In this document: positions 36,431 to 48,397 of the stretch, in pieces
Layout of the letters: each line of letters opens with the position of its first letter
Numbering within the stretch: position 1 is the first letter of the stretch
From: Balanoglossus misakiensis
Lineage: Eukaryota; Animalia; Hemichordata
Assembly: GCA_040954595.2 (NCBI GenBank)
Contig: CM082579.2
Location: forward strand, 4,453,227 to 4,517,226
Length of the DNA stretch: 64,000 bases
Reading direction: 5' to 3'
Translations under genes and position numbers: made by a program
The notes under the pieces: generated by a model
The model's database searches: none
What the model saw: only the letters and a program-made list of their open reading frames with translations
What the model was told of the DNA's origin: nothing

Positions 36431-38891
36431 ATGCTTCAAAGAAAACTGACCGTAGTAATTCTGCTGTGTGTGCATCTCTTGTTGAAGTTTCCAAACTGTG
36501 ACGGCCACTTTCAGCAGCACCGTAAGTATTGAGACAGAGATTTTTTTTAAAAATCTTAATTCATATTTTCCACGCGTAATTGGAATATGTTAACTTTAAG
36601 AAGAGCGCTATATTTTCATTATTTCTCAATATTTAAATCGCGTATAAACTTGAATTTCTCTTCATCTGTCGCTGAGCGTTTTTCTTCTTGTGTCGGTCAG
36701 CAATTTGAATGAATGAAGTCTTTATTTTATCTGCATGTCAACATTACAGTTTGTGAAGATGAATGGCACCATTACCAAGGCAAATGCTACAACGCGTACA
36801 GAGAACAAATTTATACTCACCAAGAAGCCAGAACAGTTTGTGAGGGTTTTGGTGGAATGTTGGTTAAGATAAACAACGACCAACAACAGTTCTATTTGAA
36901 AGGTAGGATATTGTATAATATAGTCATTGTGAATATCGTGCGAATTGTACACGTTCAAAACCAACGACCGATCTCGTACGTTGTTTCAAAAATTCAAAAT
37001 CGATAAATGGATTGTATGTGCTCACATGAACTAATTTTGAAAGTTTTTAAAAGTCGATTTCTAATTCTCCCAGGTTACACGCAAATGAACAGACATCTGT
37101 GGATTGGAGCAACTGATCTTGAAACCGAGGGAACGTGGAAATGGGAAGATGGAACCCTTGTAAGTTTTTACATTAATTGACAAGCTATAATTTGCTCGAA
37201 ATATTCATCTCTGCTGAAGAAAAGTAGTTGTTGCAATCTTATCAACAACTGACATTGACACAGCGTGGGAGGAGGGGAATATTTAATGTTAGTCTTGATA
37301 TTACAGACGAGTCTTTGTTTCCAACAGGTAACATACTCTTATTGGAATCCTGGACAGCCCGATAATGACAACAAAAATGAACATTGTGCCTTTTTGAACA
37401 AAGATAAAGATGCGGATTGGTGTGACAATACTTGCTCAAAACACAGGGGATTCATTTGTGAAAAGGATACATGTAAGTATGTCTTTGAACGGTGCTTTCA
37501 AGAAATGTGTTTGAGCCCGGTGAGGTTTTGTAGCTAGACGTGCTAACCAGCTTCATCATAATTAATTTGACCCTTGGCTTAAACATGATCGAAATTTCGA
37601 CTGATATTTATAACTATGCAGGATAACTTTGAAAAATATTGGAATGCTATGACATTTTGAATCAGGAAAAATGACCCATAAGAGACTCGACGTTAAACTG
37701 TTGTCTTGTTTTGTGTGCAGTGTGTAAAGTTACCGACGTCGGTGTGGAGAGTGGTGCCATTCCAGATTCACAGATGACTGCCAGTAGCTATTACGATGCA
37801 AACCACGCACCTGACCAAGGGAGACTAAATTTTCACGAAGCCGGGGTTAAACATGCTTGGTCTTCAGGAACTAACGCAGTCGGACAATGGTTACAAATAA
37901 ACCTCGGTCGTACCAGGAAGGTTGTCAGAGTGGCGACGCAGGTAAGTAATATTCTCTGCCGCCTCCAATTCTTTGTTTTGTTTCGGAGCCCGCGTCGAAC
38001 ATTTTATTTGATAGAGTACTAGTAGAGCAGTAGTATTTACGTAAAACCGAGATCTAATAGCTAAGTACATACATTGCTGCATTTGCCATTGGATTACTTG
38101 TCACTTTACAGCAATTCAAATAATTTTGATATTCCTTTACAGATCGCGTATGTATTATATAATTATATTTTACCTATTTTTCTCAGGGACGTGGTGATAA
38201 GGATGAATGGGTGACATCCTACAAGTTACGATACATCGACGACTCTATTTGGAGATATGTGACTGATTCTGAAGGCAATGAAAAGGTACGATTCAAATGA
38301 TAAACGACGTCCTTCATGTCCGACACGAACTATTTAACGATCGATCTCGCATTGACGGACGCAATGGAAATATTAGCATTAAGTTTCACAGGACGCGTGT
38401 ATCAATCGCCACAACTCAAGGCTACGGTGTTTCGTTGTTACATAATTATGTTATAGACAATCGTCCAGCTATGCCAAAATTATGCTAAACATGTCCATGT
38501 GTTCTTTTTACTCGTGTAATAGTCTTTGCTTATTATTTGAAGAGATGTGATCGGAACGACGTTTGTTTCCATCATGTGTTTTCAACATAGACAGAAAACC
38601 ATCAAACTTTTGTTCCTTTCTGGTACATGTATATTCTTATGACTACCTGGACTAGCATTAATAATAATATTAGTCACCCATCAGCTCTCTTCACAATGGA
38701 GTTTGGTGTTCACATGAATAAGTGTCAAATCTTCTTTTTCCTTACAGTTGTTTTCTGGGAACTATGACAGGAACACGATTGACTACCAAGAATTCTTCAG
38801 CAGTGCCTTCATCGCCCAGTACGTTAAATTTTACCCGATGACGTGGCACAGTTGGATATCCATGCGCGTTGAAATCTACGCATGTGAATAA
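36431..38891 (+). CDS. Secreted C-type lectin domain + coagulation factor 5/8 C-terminal (discoidin) domain protein (7 exons, ~312 aa)
   Basis: Exons 36431-36521 (signal peptide MLQRKLTVVILLCVHLLLKFPNCDG), 36750-36902, 37074-37159 (WIGATDLETEGTWKWEDG), 37328-37472 (WNPGQPDN...EHC...WCD..C...FICE), 37721-37941 (GVESGAIPDSQMTASS...GRLN...QWLQINLG...VATQ), 38187-38285 (GRGDKDEWVTSYKL) and 38748-38891 (FSGNYDRN...YVKFYP..W...SMRVEIYACE*). Phases are consistent and the 939-nt frame is open. Confidence 0.93.
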
Positions 38892-39790
38892 TATACAACT
38901 GATGTTGTCAGATTATGCATGTTATGTTAGAGACATAATCAGTCACCACCCAGATATAAATCACTCGATAGTTTAGAGAACTATAGACGTATAAGCTGGA
39001 CTAACATCTATGCTTTTACAGTAATCGTATCTCGTGTATTAATTTTATGTGAGTGTATATTAAAGGTCACAGACCAGTCGAAACCTAATTCTTTTGTGAG
39101 AGTAATTCTTTTCTGCACACGTCTCTCGGGTTTCGCGCAATGACCCCTACCCCTCCCGTACGAACTATGGTGTATGATCAAAATAGTCACAAAAGAGCAA
39201 GGGGGATATCTTATCTAAAATCATAGAAAGTGTGACCAACATGAAGTTTAGAAACGAGTACTGTATTCCGATCAGCAGACATGTAAGAACATTTACATTG
39301 GCAAGAATCTTATTCCGCAATAGATATATAATCACAAGTATTCCAGACATTTGTGCAGTCTTAAACGACTTTAGTTAAACGATGTACCCTTGCCATTTTT
39401 TAAATATATGAAAGAATTACTCAAATTGAAACTCCTGAATTTCTTCGCGACGGGCCGATCAAGAACTACTGATGTCTGTTCCACTCTGCAACGTCACACG
39501 TGACACTACATCTTCATTGTCGGTTGTGTCAGCACGTGTTTGCTTCATAACGGCAAACTGCCTTTATCCTTATCCGTGAAACAGGCAGAATGCTTTGTGG
39601 CGTTAGATTTAAAATATTTTCCATAATAATCCGATATTCTTGTCAGTAATATCGATCTGTCCAGTCTATAGCTGGTGAATTCCACGAAAGAACTCTTATT
39701 GGCTAGTGTTCGGCGATCAGCCAATCCCAAGAGCAGGTCTTTTCAAATCCACCAATCCGAGAGAGTATTCTGCCTGCGTTATACCTGGTA

Positions 39791-42700
39791 TTACCTCTCT
39801 TCAATGACAAGGTTAATAGTTTCTTTCTTGAAATGCTTCCAATTTGTGAATTCTTGCAAATGATCCTGTAGTGTTTCCGTTGTTGGGTATGGCCGGTTGA
39901 CTTTCCGCACTTCGCGACGAACTTTTTCATTCATATGCTTGGCAAAGAATGCCTTGTGGAGAATAATGCACTCTGCCCCGCGACTTATCTGTGGACAGAG
40001 ACATGCATGTAAGACAGCCGGCCAGCCAGCCAACCAGACAGACAGACAGACATTCAGTCAGTCAGTATGTGGAGACAGGAACACTCGGAGATCACATGTA
40101 GATCATATAAACGGTAATCAAATCGGCGTGATTACATCGCTACATGTACATAGGGACTTGAATACAATTGTTCGTGATGTTCAGCTTACTTACCAGATAC
40201 ACGCTTGCCTGTTCTCCATCGAAAACGTCGTCGTCGAAATGAAGAGTGTTCAGCCCCTGAAAATAAAATGAATACATTGTTGGTTATATGGACATTGGGT
40301 TGTGATAGGTGCTTTCGTACGAGAATTTTCAGCATACTTTCCTTACTTTTTTCAGAATTAATCGTCTTCGAATCAGAACAGAATGCAAATATCTTAACAT
40401 CTCACGGTCACTTACGAACACATGCTTCGGATGCAGGAGTTCCAGCTGCACAAATACGCTCCGTTCCTTCCTGTCTGTTGGGTTTGGCCTCGAACTATCC
40501 CTTTTTCGGTCATTCTCTTTGTTGTTTTGCTGTAGAATCTGTGCGAAGGGAATCAGGACACCTCCCGTTAAATTCTTAAATCGGTTTGATTGCAATGGTT
40601 TACTATAAACCAAACCTTGATTTACACCAAGACAAAAATGTAACATGATCGCTTTGTGCAAAATACTGACCATCGGTTGAAAATGCGCCCTCTGCGTCGA
40701 CGGGAAGTTGCGGTATTTACTCCTCGAGTAAGACTTCTTCGTGAGCACGGCGCCTTTGCGTATGTCGACGTCCGATGATGTCGGCGACGGACTCGATGAC
40801 GAACCGGAAGACGACGAGGACGACGATGACGCCGACGGTGACGTCACAGTCAGGGTCTGTGACGTCGTGGAGTTGCTTGGACTCTCCGCCGTTCGCGTGC
40901 GAGTGAGAAAAGCTGACCTGGGCAGAGGCATGAGTTCGTCTCTCGCCTAGACAGGAAAGTAATAAAATTAAATGTATACTGTATAAATCCTAGTCTAAGA
41001 AAGGACTATGTGAAAAACGTTACAGAGGTCTAAATCATAAAATAAAACTTGTATATTTTAAATCTGACCTACATTATATATTCCGGAATTTTTGAATAAT
41101 GAATTTTTGGCTTTTTCTTATCATTTTACAGGCCTGGGGAAACTGCTCATCAGACAGTTATATTGGATCATGTTACAACAATTAATGTGCGTGAATACAT
41201 GCGTGTATCTCATAATGTATTATCCTTTTTCAATGCGCATGTCTGAGAAACGGCTGTTGGGGGACGCATTCGGGCATGCGTATCAGGATTAGCAAGCTAT
41301 GTCGCTCACCTCATCCTGGTTGCTCTTTTCCGACATCACACTCCCTTTCCTGGCGTTTCTGGGCGATACCCTGGGGTTGACCGGCGACTCCCCCGGGGAC
41401 CTGGGCGACTCCCGTTGGTACCGCGGCGACATCGCGAGCGCCATCAAGAGATTAGCGTTGTGCATGCTGCTCACCCCGCCTGTGACAGAGAAAAGAGCGT
41501 TAGGGGGTTCTTTTGTGAAAAAGTTGTTAATCTGACTGATCGAACTGTGGATTAATCCGGAAGGCTGTTACCAATATTTCTGCACTCTACATGTAGGGCT
41601 TACCGGTAGCAACGGTGTGAACACTCGTTGATGATAAGTAGCGAACTATAGTACACCACAAAGCGTGTTGATTTCAAATTGGGTAACCCTTTACCTATAC
41701 TCGTGTCTATCAAGTTTGTAAAGCCCAATTAGCCAAAGAACGGCGGAGACCAAAAATAACAATATGTCTTCCATAAATACAAGATTTACACAAAACATGC
41801 CACCGCAACCGTGACATGTATAGGCAATTGCAAATTATGCTAGGAAATATGGTTTGTTACCATTTTGAACTTACATGTACCATTTGAGTCGTCTATTCGG
41901 GGCAATTTAAATCCCCTCTGCCTCAGTTCTGTGGGTTTAACTGCTCTCAGCTTTTTGAGGACTTGGCACGTTCCCTTTGAGTAAAAAATGGAGCAAAAAT
42001 TGACGATAATTCTTTGATATTAGTGTTTTCTGATGCAGTTCACTGTGACAAAAGTCTACATATAGCACCGTTGGATTAGGGATTTGTGGACACCCGTACT
42101 GTACTGTCCAAGTAAAAGCGCGCAAACCTTTGATGTGATGCAGGACAAATCTTACCGATTTGACAACGTAAAGCCATTCCGAGTTGTTGCTGTCCTTAAC
42201 AATAACTTGACCACGTCTGCAAAAATAAAATATGAGAAAGGGGACTTAATTAAAGGCATGGCTGCACTAAATAATACATTACACCTCTTCCGACATATTA
42301 CCTTACTAGAATTCATGTGGTGTAAGAGAGAAACTGACGGGCCAATAGACTCTTTTTTGAACGAACCAAAGAATAAAGTCACCAATAAGCTAAGCTATGC
42401 ACAATAATTTTTGGTCGCCATAAAATATAAATACACATTTAAGTCTAGTACCTTTTGAAAGTTAAACAATGTAAGTGTCTGCTTAATATCCACACATTGT
42501 TGTTTAAAATACACTATCATTTATTTCGGGTTACACTCTATCCATACTCGAATTTTACAAGCAAATAAAGCATACAGACAAAAAAAATGGTAAAACACAG
42601 ACTGCCAAAGGCCGCTTTCTGGCAGTCTGGTAAAACACTACGTATACATGTATGTATGAGTATCGTCCTTCGAATTCTCCTACCCATTCGTATGGCGGTT

Positions 42701-45700
42701 GTCATGACACTAATCTAGTGATCAAGCAGGGAATGTGCGCACATGTTAAATCCATGTAAGTACGGATTAACAAGTGTTGTCATTTATAAACCATGTTACA
42801 TCTTGCTACTCTGCTCGATTTTTATACCTAAACTGAAATTGGATATGCCTATAAATTTATATCCCTGCATACATGGGAGGGAGTGTATGTCTGCATTAGA
42901 AAATGTTAGCAACCCCTGTGTTGACAACGCAAGCCATCTTGAGAGAGATACCAGTGGCCGAAAGATTTCGCGCGTTGGATTTTACTGTCGCGATCGCGGA
43001 GGAAGTTGTTTTGAATGACGACGGGCGTGGTTTCCGCCCGCAGGTGGTTGTCGTCTTCGTACCACAGGCCGCTGGCGAAGTCCTTCCGGGGCAGTATCTG
43101 GACGTTGACCTCGGGACTGTTCCTGATGGCGTCGTTCAGCACCCCCTGGTCGTTCAGTCTCTTCTGCGAAGATGCCAGGGCGTTGGTGAAGGTCCCGTAG
43201 ACGTCTTCCCACATGCGTCTGGTCCGTTTGGTCGAGTTCAGAAACAGGAACCCGCCAGCGATTTTCTTCTCTTCGTCCTCGATTCCCTCCGCCAGCGTCG
43301 CCACCACATCGACGCCAGAGTATCTCTCGAAATAGCTGACCGGATTGCCGAGCCACGTCGAGTCGGACTCGCACAAAAACACGGAGACGTCGCTGTCCAA
43401 GAGAGACAGAATCACGCCCGTTCGGAACAGCATGAAGTTCCGATACTGCAAACTGCCGAAATACAGCGTGTCGCCGGCGTCGTACTCGACGAGAGAGACG
43501 TGAAGGGTCGACGAGACGCGGGATCGCCAATCCTTCAGAGAGGTGTAGGCATCCCTGTCGGTTGCGACGAACACCGTCACGGGGAGAATGTCCCCGACGC
43601 AGTCGACGTTGCAAATCCAGTGTTTGGTCATTGTCAGGTAGTCGCTGTTCAAAAACTGCAACAGCACCATCCCGTGGTCGATCTGAATGGATTTGCAGAG
43701 TTCCACCAAGGCGTTCACCTGACTGCCGTCACCCCCGTCACCCCCACCACCACCACCACCACCACCACCACCACCACCACCACCACCACCACCACCACCA
43801 TCTTCATCATCACCACCATCAGCAGCTGTAGGAGCAGAATGTGCAGATATAGTGCTTTCTTCTCTATCACCATCATTGTTATCGTCATCAGCATTCCACA
43901 GGGCTGCAGCAACACTGACGCTTTCATCTGTGTCAGCGGGACCGGCCGCCACTGAGATCTCTTCCGCAGAACTGGAGAACCACCCCGACTTCTCCGCATC
44001 AACACCGTCGCCATCGTTCAGCGGTTGTGCCGCACCTCGCACCGAGGGCAGTGCTTCGTCGCCCGGCGTCACTTCTGCCAAACTCCCCGCTCCAAGGAAG
44101 GGCCGAGAACCGCTGCCGGACGGCCACTTCATGTGAAAGTTGAGAACGAATCCGACGAAGCAGACGGCCGACACAAACGTCAAAACCGACAGTGTGTACC
44201 AGTGCCTCGTCCGTCTGACCATCTGAAAAGTCTCACCGCAGAGCATTGCGATCTGAACCTAATCCGAACAAGCACTATGCTATCACAGTGGGTCCTTTTT
44301 TCGAAATAAAAGAAATGAGTTTGCGCGCGCGATTTAATGTAGGAACAGCTGTTGTGGTTGTTCATCAGCGTATAGGAATCCTATTAATCACACTCTCCTC
44401 ATACCCAACAATTTTTCTGTTTGCTAAATGCGATAATTACGTAATGTATAGGAGACACTCACTTGTAGAAGTGAAACAGGCACTTTTCAGGATGTTCTTT
44501 GAGCTTGTCGAACGGAAAGTCTTTCAGACAGTCGATTTGCCTGCAATGAAGGGAAAAATCAGACTTTCATTCATACGAACAGAGGTTTCGAATGAATGAG
44601 CATTTATGGAAATGTATATTTCCCGGGGGGGGGCTAAATCGTGACAACAAGGCTCACAATCAGCACAGACAATCTCGGACTGAACTCATATTCTCATACT
44701 TTGAAAACTAGACTGATAAAGACACTCATTTTGTTACCGGATACAGCCATTATGGTAACAGATGTGCATTGGATTTACTGGACCAAACAGCACGTCTGTT
44801 CTGAAGTGCCCTTTTTCGCTGATTCCGCATGCGTGAAATATTTCATAAAATTTTAATGAGGCATAAACGTTCTGTGCCTTTCTGACTTGTGAATTGTGAA
44901 AATCATTCTAGCCACGATAAAACGATTGTAAGCTCATACCAATAGTAAATAACATCTCAGATTTCAAAAATTCACCAGTTGTGGCTCTTAATTGGACCAG
45001 GACAGGCTCAACGCCTCGATTCGGAAGCAAGCTCAATTTTAGGACTAGTCCATTGCTTCACAAGCTGTTAAAGATGTGTGGCTTTTTGCGGCCAAACGCT
45101 TTGTTACATGGAAACCCACCTCAAGAAGGTGATGTGTTCCGGTTCTTCGCCTGGTCGCTGACCTCGCATGAAGATGTCGAAGAAGTCTTCCCTGCCGATG
45201 GCCAGCAGTTGCACCGGACCCTGGCTGGACACCGTGGCCGTGCGCACGCTGTGGTGCAACAGCGCCAACTCCCCGAAGCTGCTGCCCTTGCGCAGAACGG
45301 TGGCAGTCCGCATCTTGGTCTCGCCGGTGTTCGGGTTCGTCTCCATGATGGTCACCACAGCTGGAACAAACAAAAGCGTCGTGTTGATAAGCTGTGGTAT
45401 TCCATTACCAACAAAACATGAAAAAATACATTCTCTTTACCACATACCAGTATTCTGAGCATGTTTACATAATGCAGGTATCATATATTCTAAAAAAAAT
45501 AGCTTTAATATTCAGAAAAACAGTAAAACTCACCACTGCCCGAAATAACAAAATAAAATGCTTCAGCGTAGTGGCCTTGTCGAATAATTATCTTCTTGGG
45601 AGGTATGCTGTTAAAATAAAACATTTTGGCGCGTATAAGAAGTGAAGACGAATATCGCTCTCAAATTGCAGTGATAGAAACAGACAAAATCAACACTTAC

Positions 45701-48397
45701 TGTTCAAGCCAAGCTACCTTGGTTAATTTTTCCTGCATATGGAGTGGATACTCAGCAAAGCTCTTCATTGTCTGTAGTCCATACAACGCCTGGAATAAAG
45801 GGACACAAGAGAGGTTGGGCATCGACTTGAACTGTCATCCACAATCAAATCGCACACGACGAAGGAATTATTCTGATGGTTGCTTAATTTAAATATGATG
45901 TGGGCATAGTCAGTTCGGGTCCACGATAATTTAATGGTTGGATCGTTTGATCGACTGACTTACTGGCGGACGAAGGGACGGATTGACTGACAGACTGACT
46001 GACTGACTGGCTGGCTGGCTCGTTTGCTGGAGCACGCCCTCGCTCCTATGAGTAGCCAACAGAACGACATGTGGATACTACGGACCAGCAGAATATGTTC
46101 TAGCATTTTTTTTAATTTGCACAATTAATTCTGCGTGACCTGTGCTGCATGCTTTGCCGGCGAACCCTTTATTACTCCGGTAACTACCGTGACTTGGGGG
46201 TGGATGTCACGAAGAATTTGTCATTGTTTGTTTTCCGCTACCATCTGAAAACAAAACCCCTTCATTTGAGACCTTCGACTGTCCTGCCCTGCCAAGGTTT
46301 CAATGTTTCAGTGACGCAACAGCTGACCCAACCCAAATGTTTACAAACCCAGTGCAGCGCATTAGAGCCCAGTCTGTTGACAACAAAAGTTGATAATTGA
46401 TTTTCTTTCTCCGTTGTGAAATAAAAACCTTTACGCGCGAGCGTTGTTGCTTTTTATTGGAAACAAGAGTGGTTTCAAAACCCGTTGCCAATGTCTCAGA
46501 CGACTACGCCTACTAGGAATGTTCGCGACACATGGCGACGATAGAAACTTCCGTCAAATGAATGGAAAACCGTTCTCTCATTCCTCCGTTTTTTCTTAGT
46601 TTACTTGAAAGCGCGGACGTGTCCTCGAGAATTAAACCGAGAGGTCTCGTCGATCGACGGGGCGAGTTGAAGACACCGATCGATACTGAGGTCAAACAGG
46701 TGAACTGGTTAAAAAAACAACGTTCGGCGCAAACAAAAGTAAAGCGCACAGCGGTTTACAGGTGGCCCAAACCATTGTTTTAGGCGACATTGCTTGCATA
46801 AATCGAGTGATTGCTAATGACAGTTACTAATTGGCCAGTATTTTATCAATTCGTTGAAATTGTTCACTCGCATGGGATTACCTTACCGTTTGCAGCTGCT
46901 CTGGAGACCTTTGATCGCTGGCCATGCTCAGAATATTCTTCACTTCCACGCTAATGTTTATCTGGGGAGGGGAAAAGTAGCATAAACCGTGAGATTTCTA
47001 ATTATGCGATACAATGTAAATTTAAAATTACGGTCAATGTAATTGATCTAAGAGAACGCATCCAAACACAAAAGTCGTCAGGAATGGCGATTTCCATAAC
47101 AACACACGGTCATGACGTAACGGTTCTCAAGTTCAGAAGTTTAAAAAGCCGATTTCCACACAAACAAAAACAGTTTGCAAGGGCTGTAAGTAAGGTGACG
47201 TCAAGAATGAATGGTCGTGTACAACAGATGTGGTGATCCCATAGTTGTTCATTTATAGACAACCTCAGAAACCCGAATTTAATTAGCGGTTATTAGCATA
47301 AAGTTTGCCGCCTGCAGTTTCTGAGTCGTGCCGATCGATCGAAGCTGGACGGGCTGGATACTGCCATCCTGTTTACTAGTAATAACCCTGACCAAAATCA
47401 GAACGTGGTGTAGAACTATGTTGATGAAGTGCACGCTGGACTTCCACTAAATCATTTAATACCTCCATATCATCAACAACAACAACATGAAATTCGAAAA
47501 CAGGGCTCGAAATTTGCTCAATGGGCATTTGATACCTACTTCTCTGTTTGCCTTGAAGTCTTTCGGATTGAATGAAAGTCCTGAGTTTTTCATGTCTTCC
47601 GACTGAAATTGTTCTGCAATCTCTGTAAATGTCAGATTATCTCTCGACTGAGCTGCTTTCTCTGTCCTGTTAAAATACGAGGAAGGGGTAACCATGGTGA
47701 TAACCGTCAACTTACAATGTTAGTGTTTCCTATTTACAATAATAGACTTAAAAGTGCAGTATACGTAACTTTTGATAATAATTTTAGTATGCCTGCTTAT
47801 GCGTACTTCTACGATTTTTAAAAATATTTTTGTTGAAGTGAGCGCGCAGAATTGCGCAACCATATACTGAAGATAGAGTCAAAATATACCTTTACGATCG
47901 ACGTGTTTTAAACGACATGTGCGGGTCAACAATTAAAAGAGGCTGGTTATTAAATTCTACAGACATAAACGTGACTTTAAATGTGGTAACAGTAATTAAA
48001 CTTAATTTCTGTATTGGTTACGATCAGCACACCGGCGCCTTGTCTTGAATTAGTGGATTAAACTGGATTTGCATCAAGACTATGCTTTTCATCACCGTTT
48101 TTCGGGAACAGTCCAGAATAGAAGTTTTTTCTCTGCGGATAAGCTAGGAAATTCTATCTACATTCACTGATGCAAGGTGTTCAAAGAGATACATTCAGTT
48201 TTCCGTCTGTTGTATTTGATGCATGGCAAATGAAAGTACAATGTGCATGCGTTTGGCGGAAGCAAAGGTTTCCTTTACTGTTGAGGTCTTGGTGTGTGCT
48301 ATAACCATGTGAAATGCTCTCACCTCGATTGAATCATGTTGAACACGCGGACCAACGTGATAACCAGTTTAATGGCATGTCGAAATCGCTCCCTTGC
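39791..48397 (-). CDS. CNBD2: Cyclic nucleotide-binding domain-containing protein 2 (CNBD2/CRIS)-like, 14 shared core exons (582 aa)
   Basis: Minus-strand exons 48397-48324, 47666-47540, 46961-46887, 45789-45701, 45607-45534, 45360-45120, 44540-44463, 42216-42156, 41974-41875, 41479-41310, 40946-40671, 40538-40416, 40256-40194 and 39988-39791. All are GT-AG, phases chain correctly and the 1749-nt frame is open. Motifs FAEYPLHMQEKL, IIIRQGHYAEAFYFVISG, GSSFGELALLHHSVRTATV, RGQVIVKDSNNSEWLYVVKSGTC, ISRGAECI and RPYP...LQ...W..FK. The symbol is a family-level call. Confidence 0.88.
42598..42629. mobile_element. 32-bp hAT-like transposon remnant with 8-bp TSD
   Basis: Perfect 10-bp TIRs CAGACTGCCA/TGGCAGTCTG flanked by identical GTAAAACA at 42590-42597 and 42630-42637. 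Confidence 0.7.
42906..44246 (-). CDS. Intronless nucleotide-diphospho-sugar transferase (Nucleotid_trans / GT77-like), type II membrane protein, 446 aa; nested in a CNBD2 intron
   Basis: Short basic tail plus TM (YTLSVLTFVSAVCFVGFVLNF), a low-complexity stem, then FLN..Y..MTKHWICN, FVATD, YFGSLQYRNFMLFR..ILSLL...V.VFLCESDSTWLGNP, GGFLFLNST, NDQGVLN, LP...FASGLWY and PVVIQNNF...KIQRAK..GHWYL. Candidate AATAAA on the minus strand at 42525-42520. The start may instead be the second Met (44222). Confidence 0.87.
   Translation of the reverse strand: MLCGETFQMVRRTRHWYTLSVLTFVSAVCFVGFVLNFHMKWPSGSGSRPFLGAGSLAEVTPGDEALPSVRGAAQPLNDGDGVDAEKSGWFSSSAEEISVAAGPADTDESVSVAAALWNADDDNNDGDREESTISAHSAPTAADGGDDEDGGGGGGGGGGGGGGGGGGGGDGGDGSQVNALVELCKSIQIDHGMVLLQFLNSDYLTMTKHWICNVDCVGDILPVTVFVATDRDAYTSLKDWRSRVSSTLHVSLVEYDAGDTLYFGSLQYRNFMLFRTGVILSLLDSDVSVFLCESDSTWLGNPVSYFERYSGVDVVATLAEGIEDEEKKIAGGFLFLNSTKRTRRMWEDVYGTFTNALASSQKRLNDQGVLNDAIRNSPEVNVQILPRKDFASGLWYEDDNHLRAETTPVVIQNNFLRDRDSKIQRAKSFGHWYLSQDGLRCQHRGC
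43740..43800 (-). repeat. (GGT)n coding microsatellite giving ~20 consecutive Gly in the glycosyltransferase stem
   Basis: (CCA)n run on the + strand, in frame with the GT ORF. Confidence 0.92.

Noticed and set aside
42903-43955. 350-aa + strand ORF with poly-Thr (and a poly-His ORF at 43562-43831)
   Set aside because: Antisense shadows of the GC-rich glycosyltransferase ORF and its (CCA)n repeat; no domain features
44246-44463. In-frame CNBD2-glycosyltransferase fusion from the adjacent host exon
   Set aside because: The donor at 44463 is phase 2, the nearby acceptor-like AGs I checked lead out of the GT frame, and an in-frame stop precedes the GT ATG
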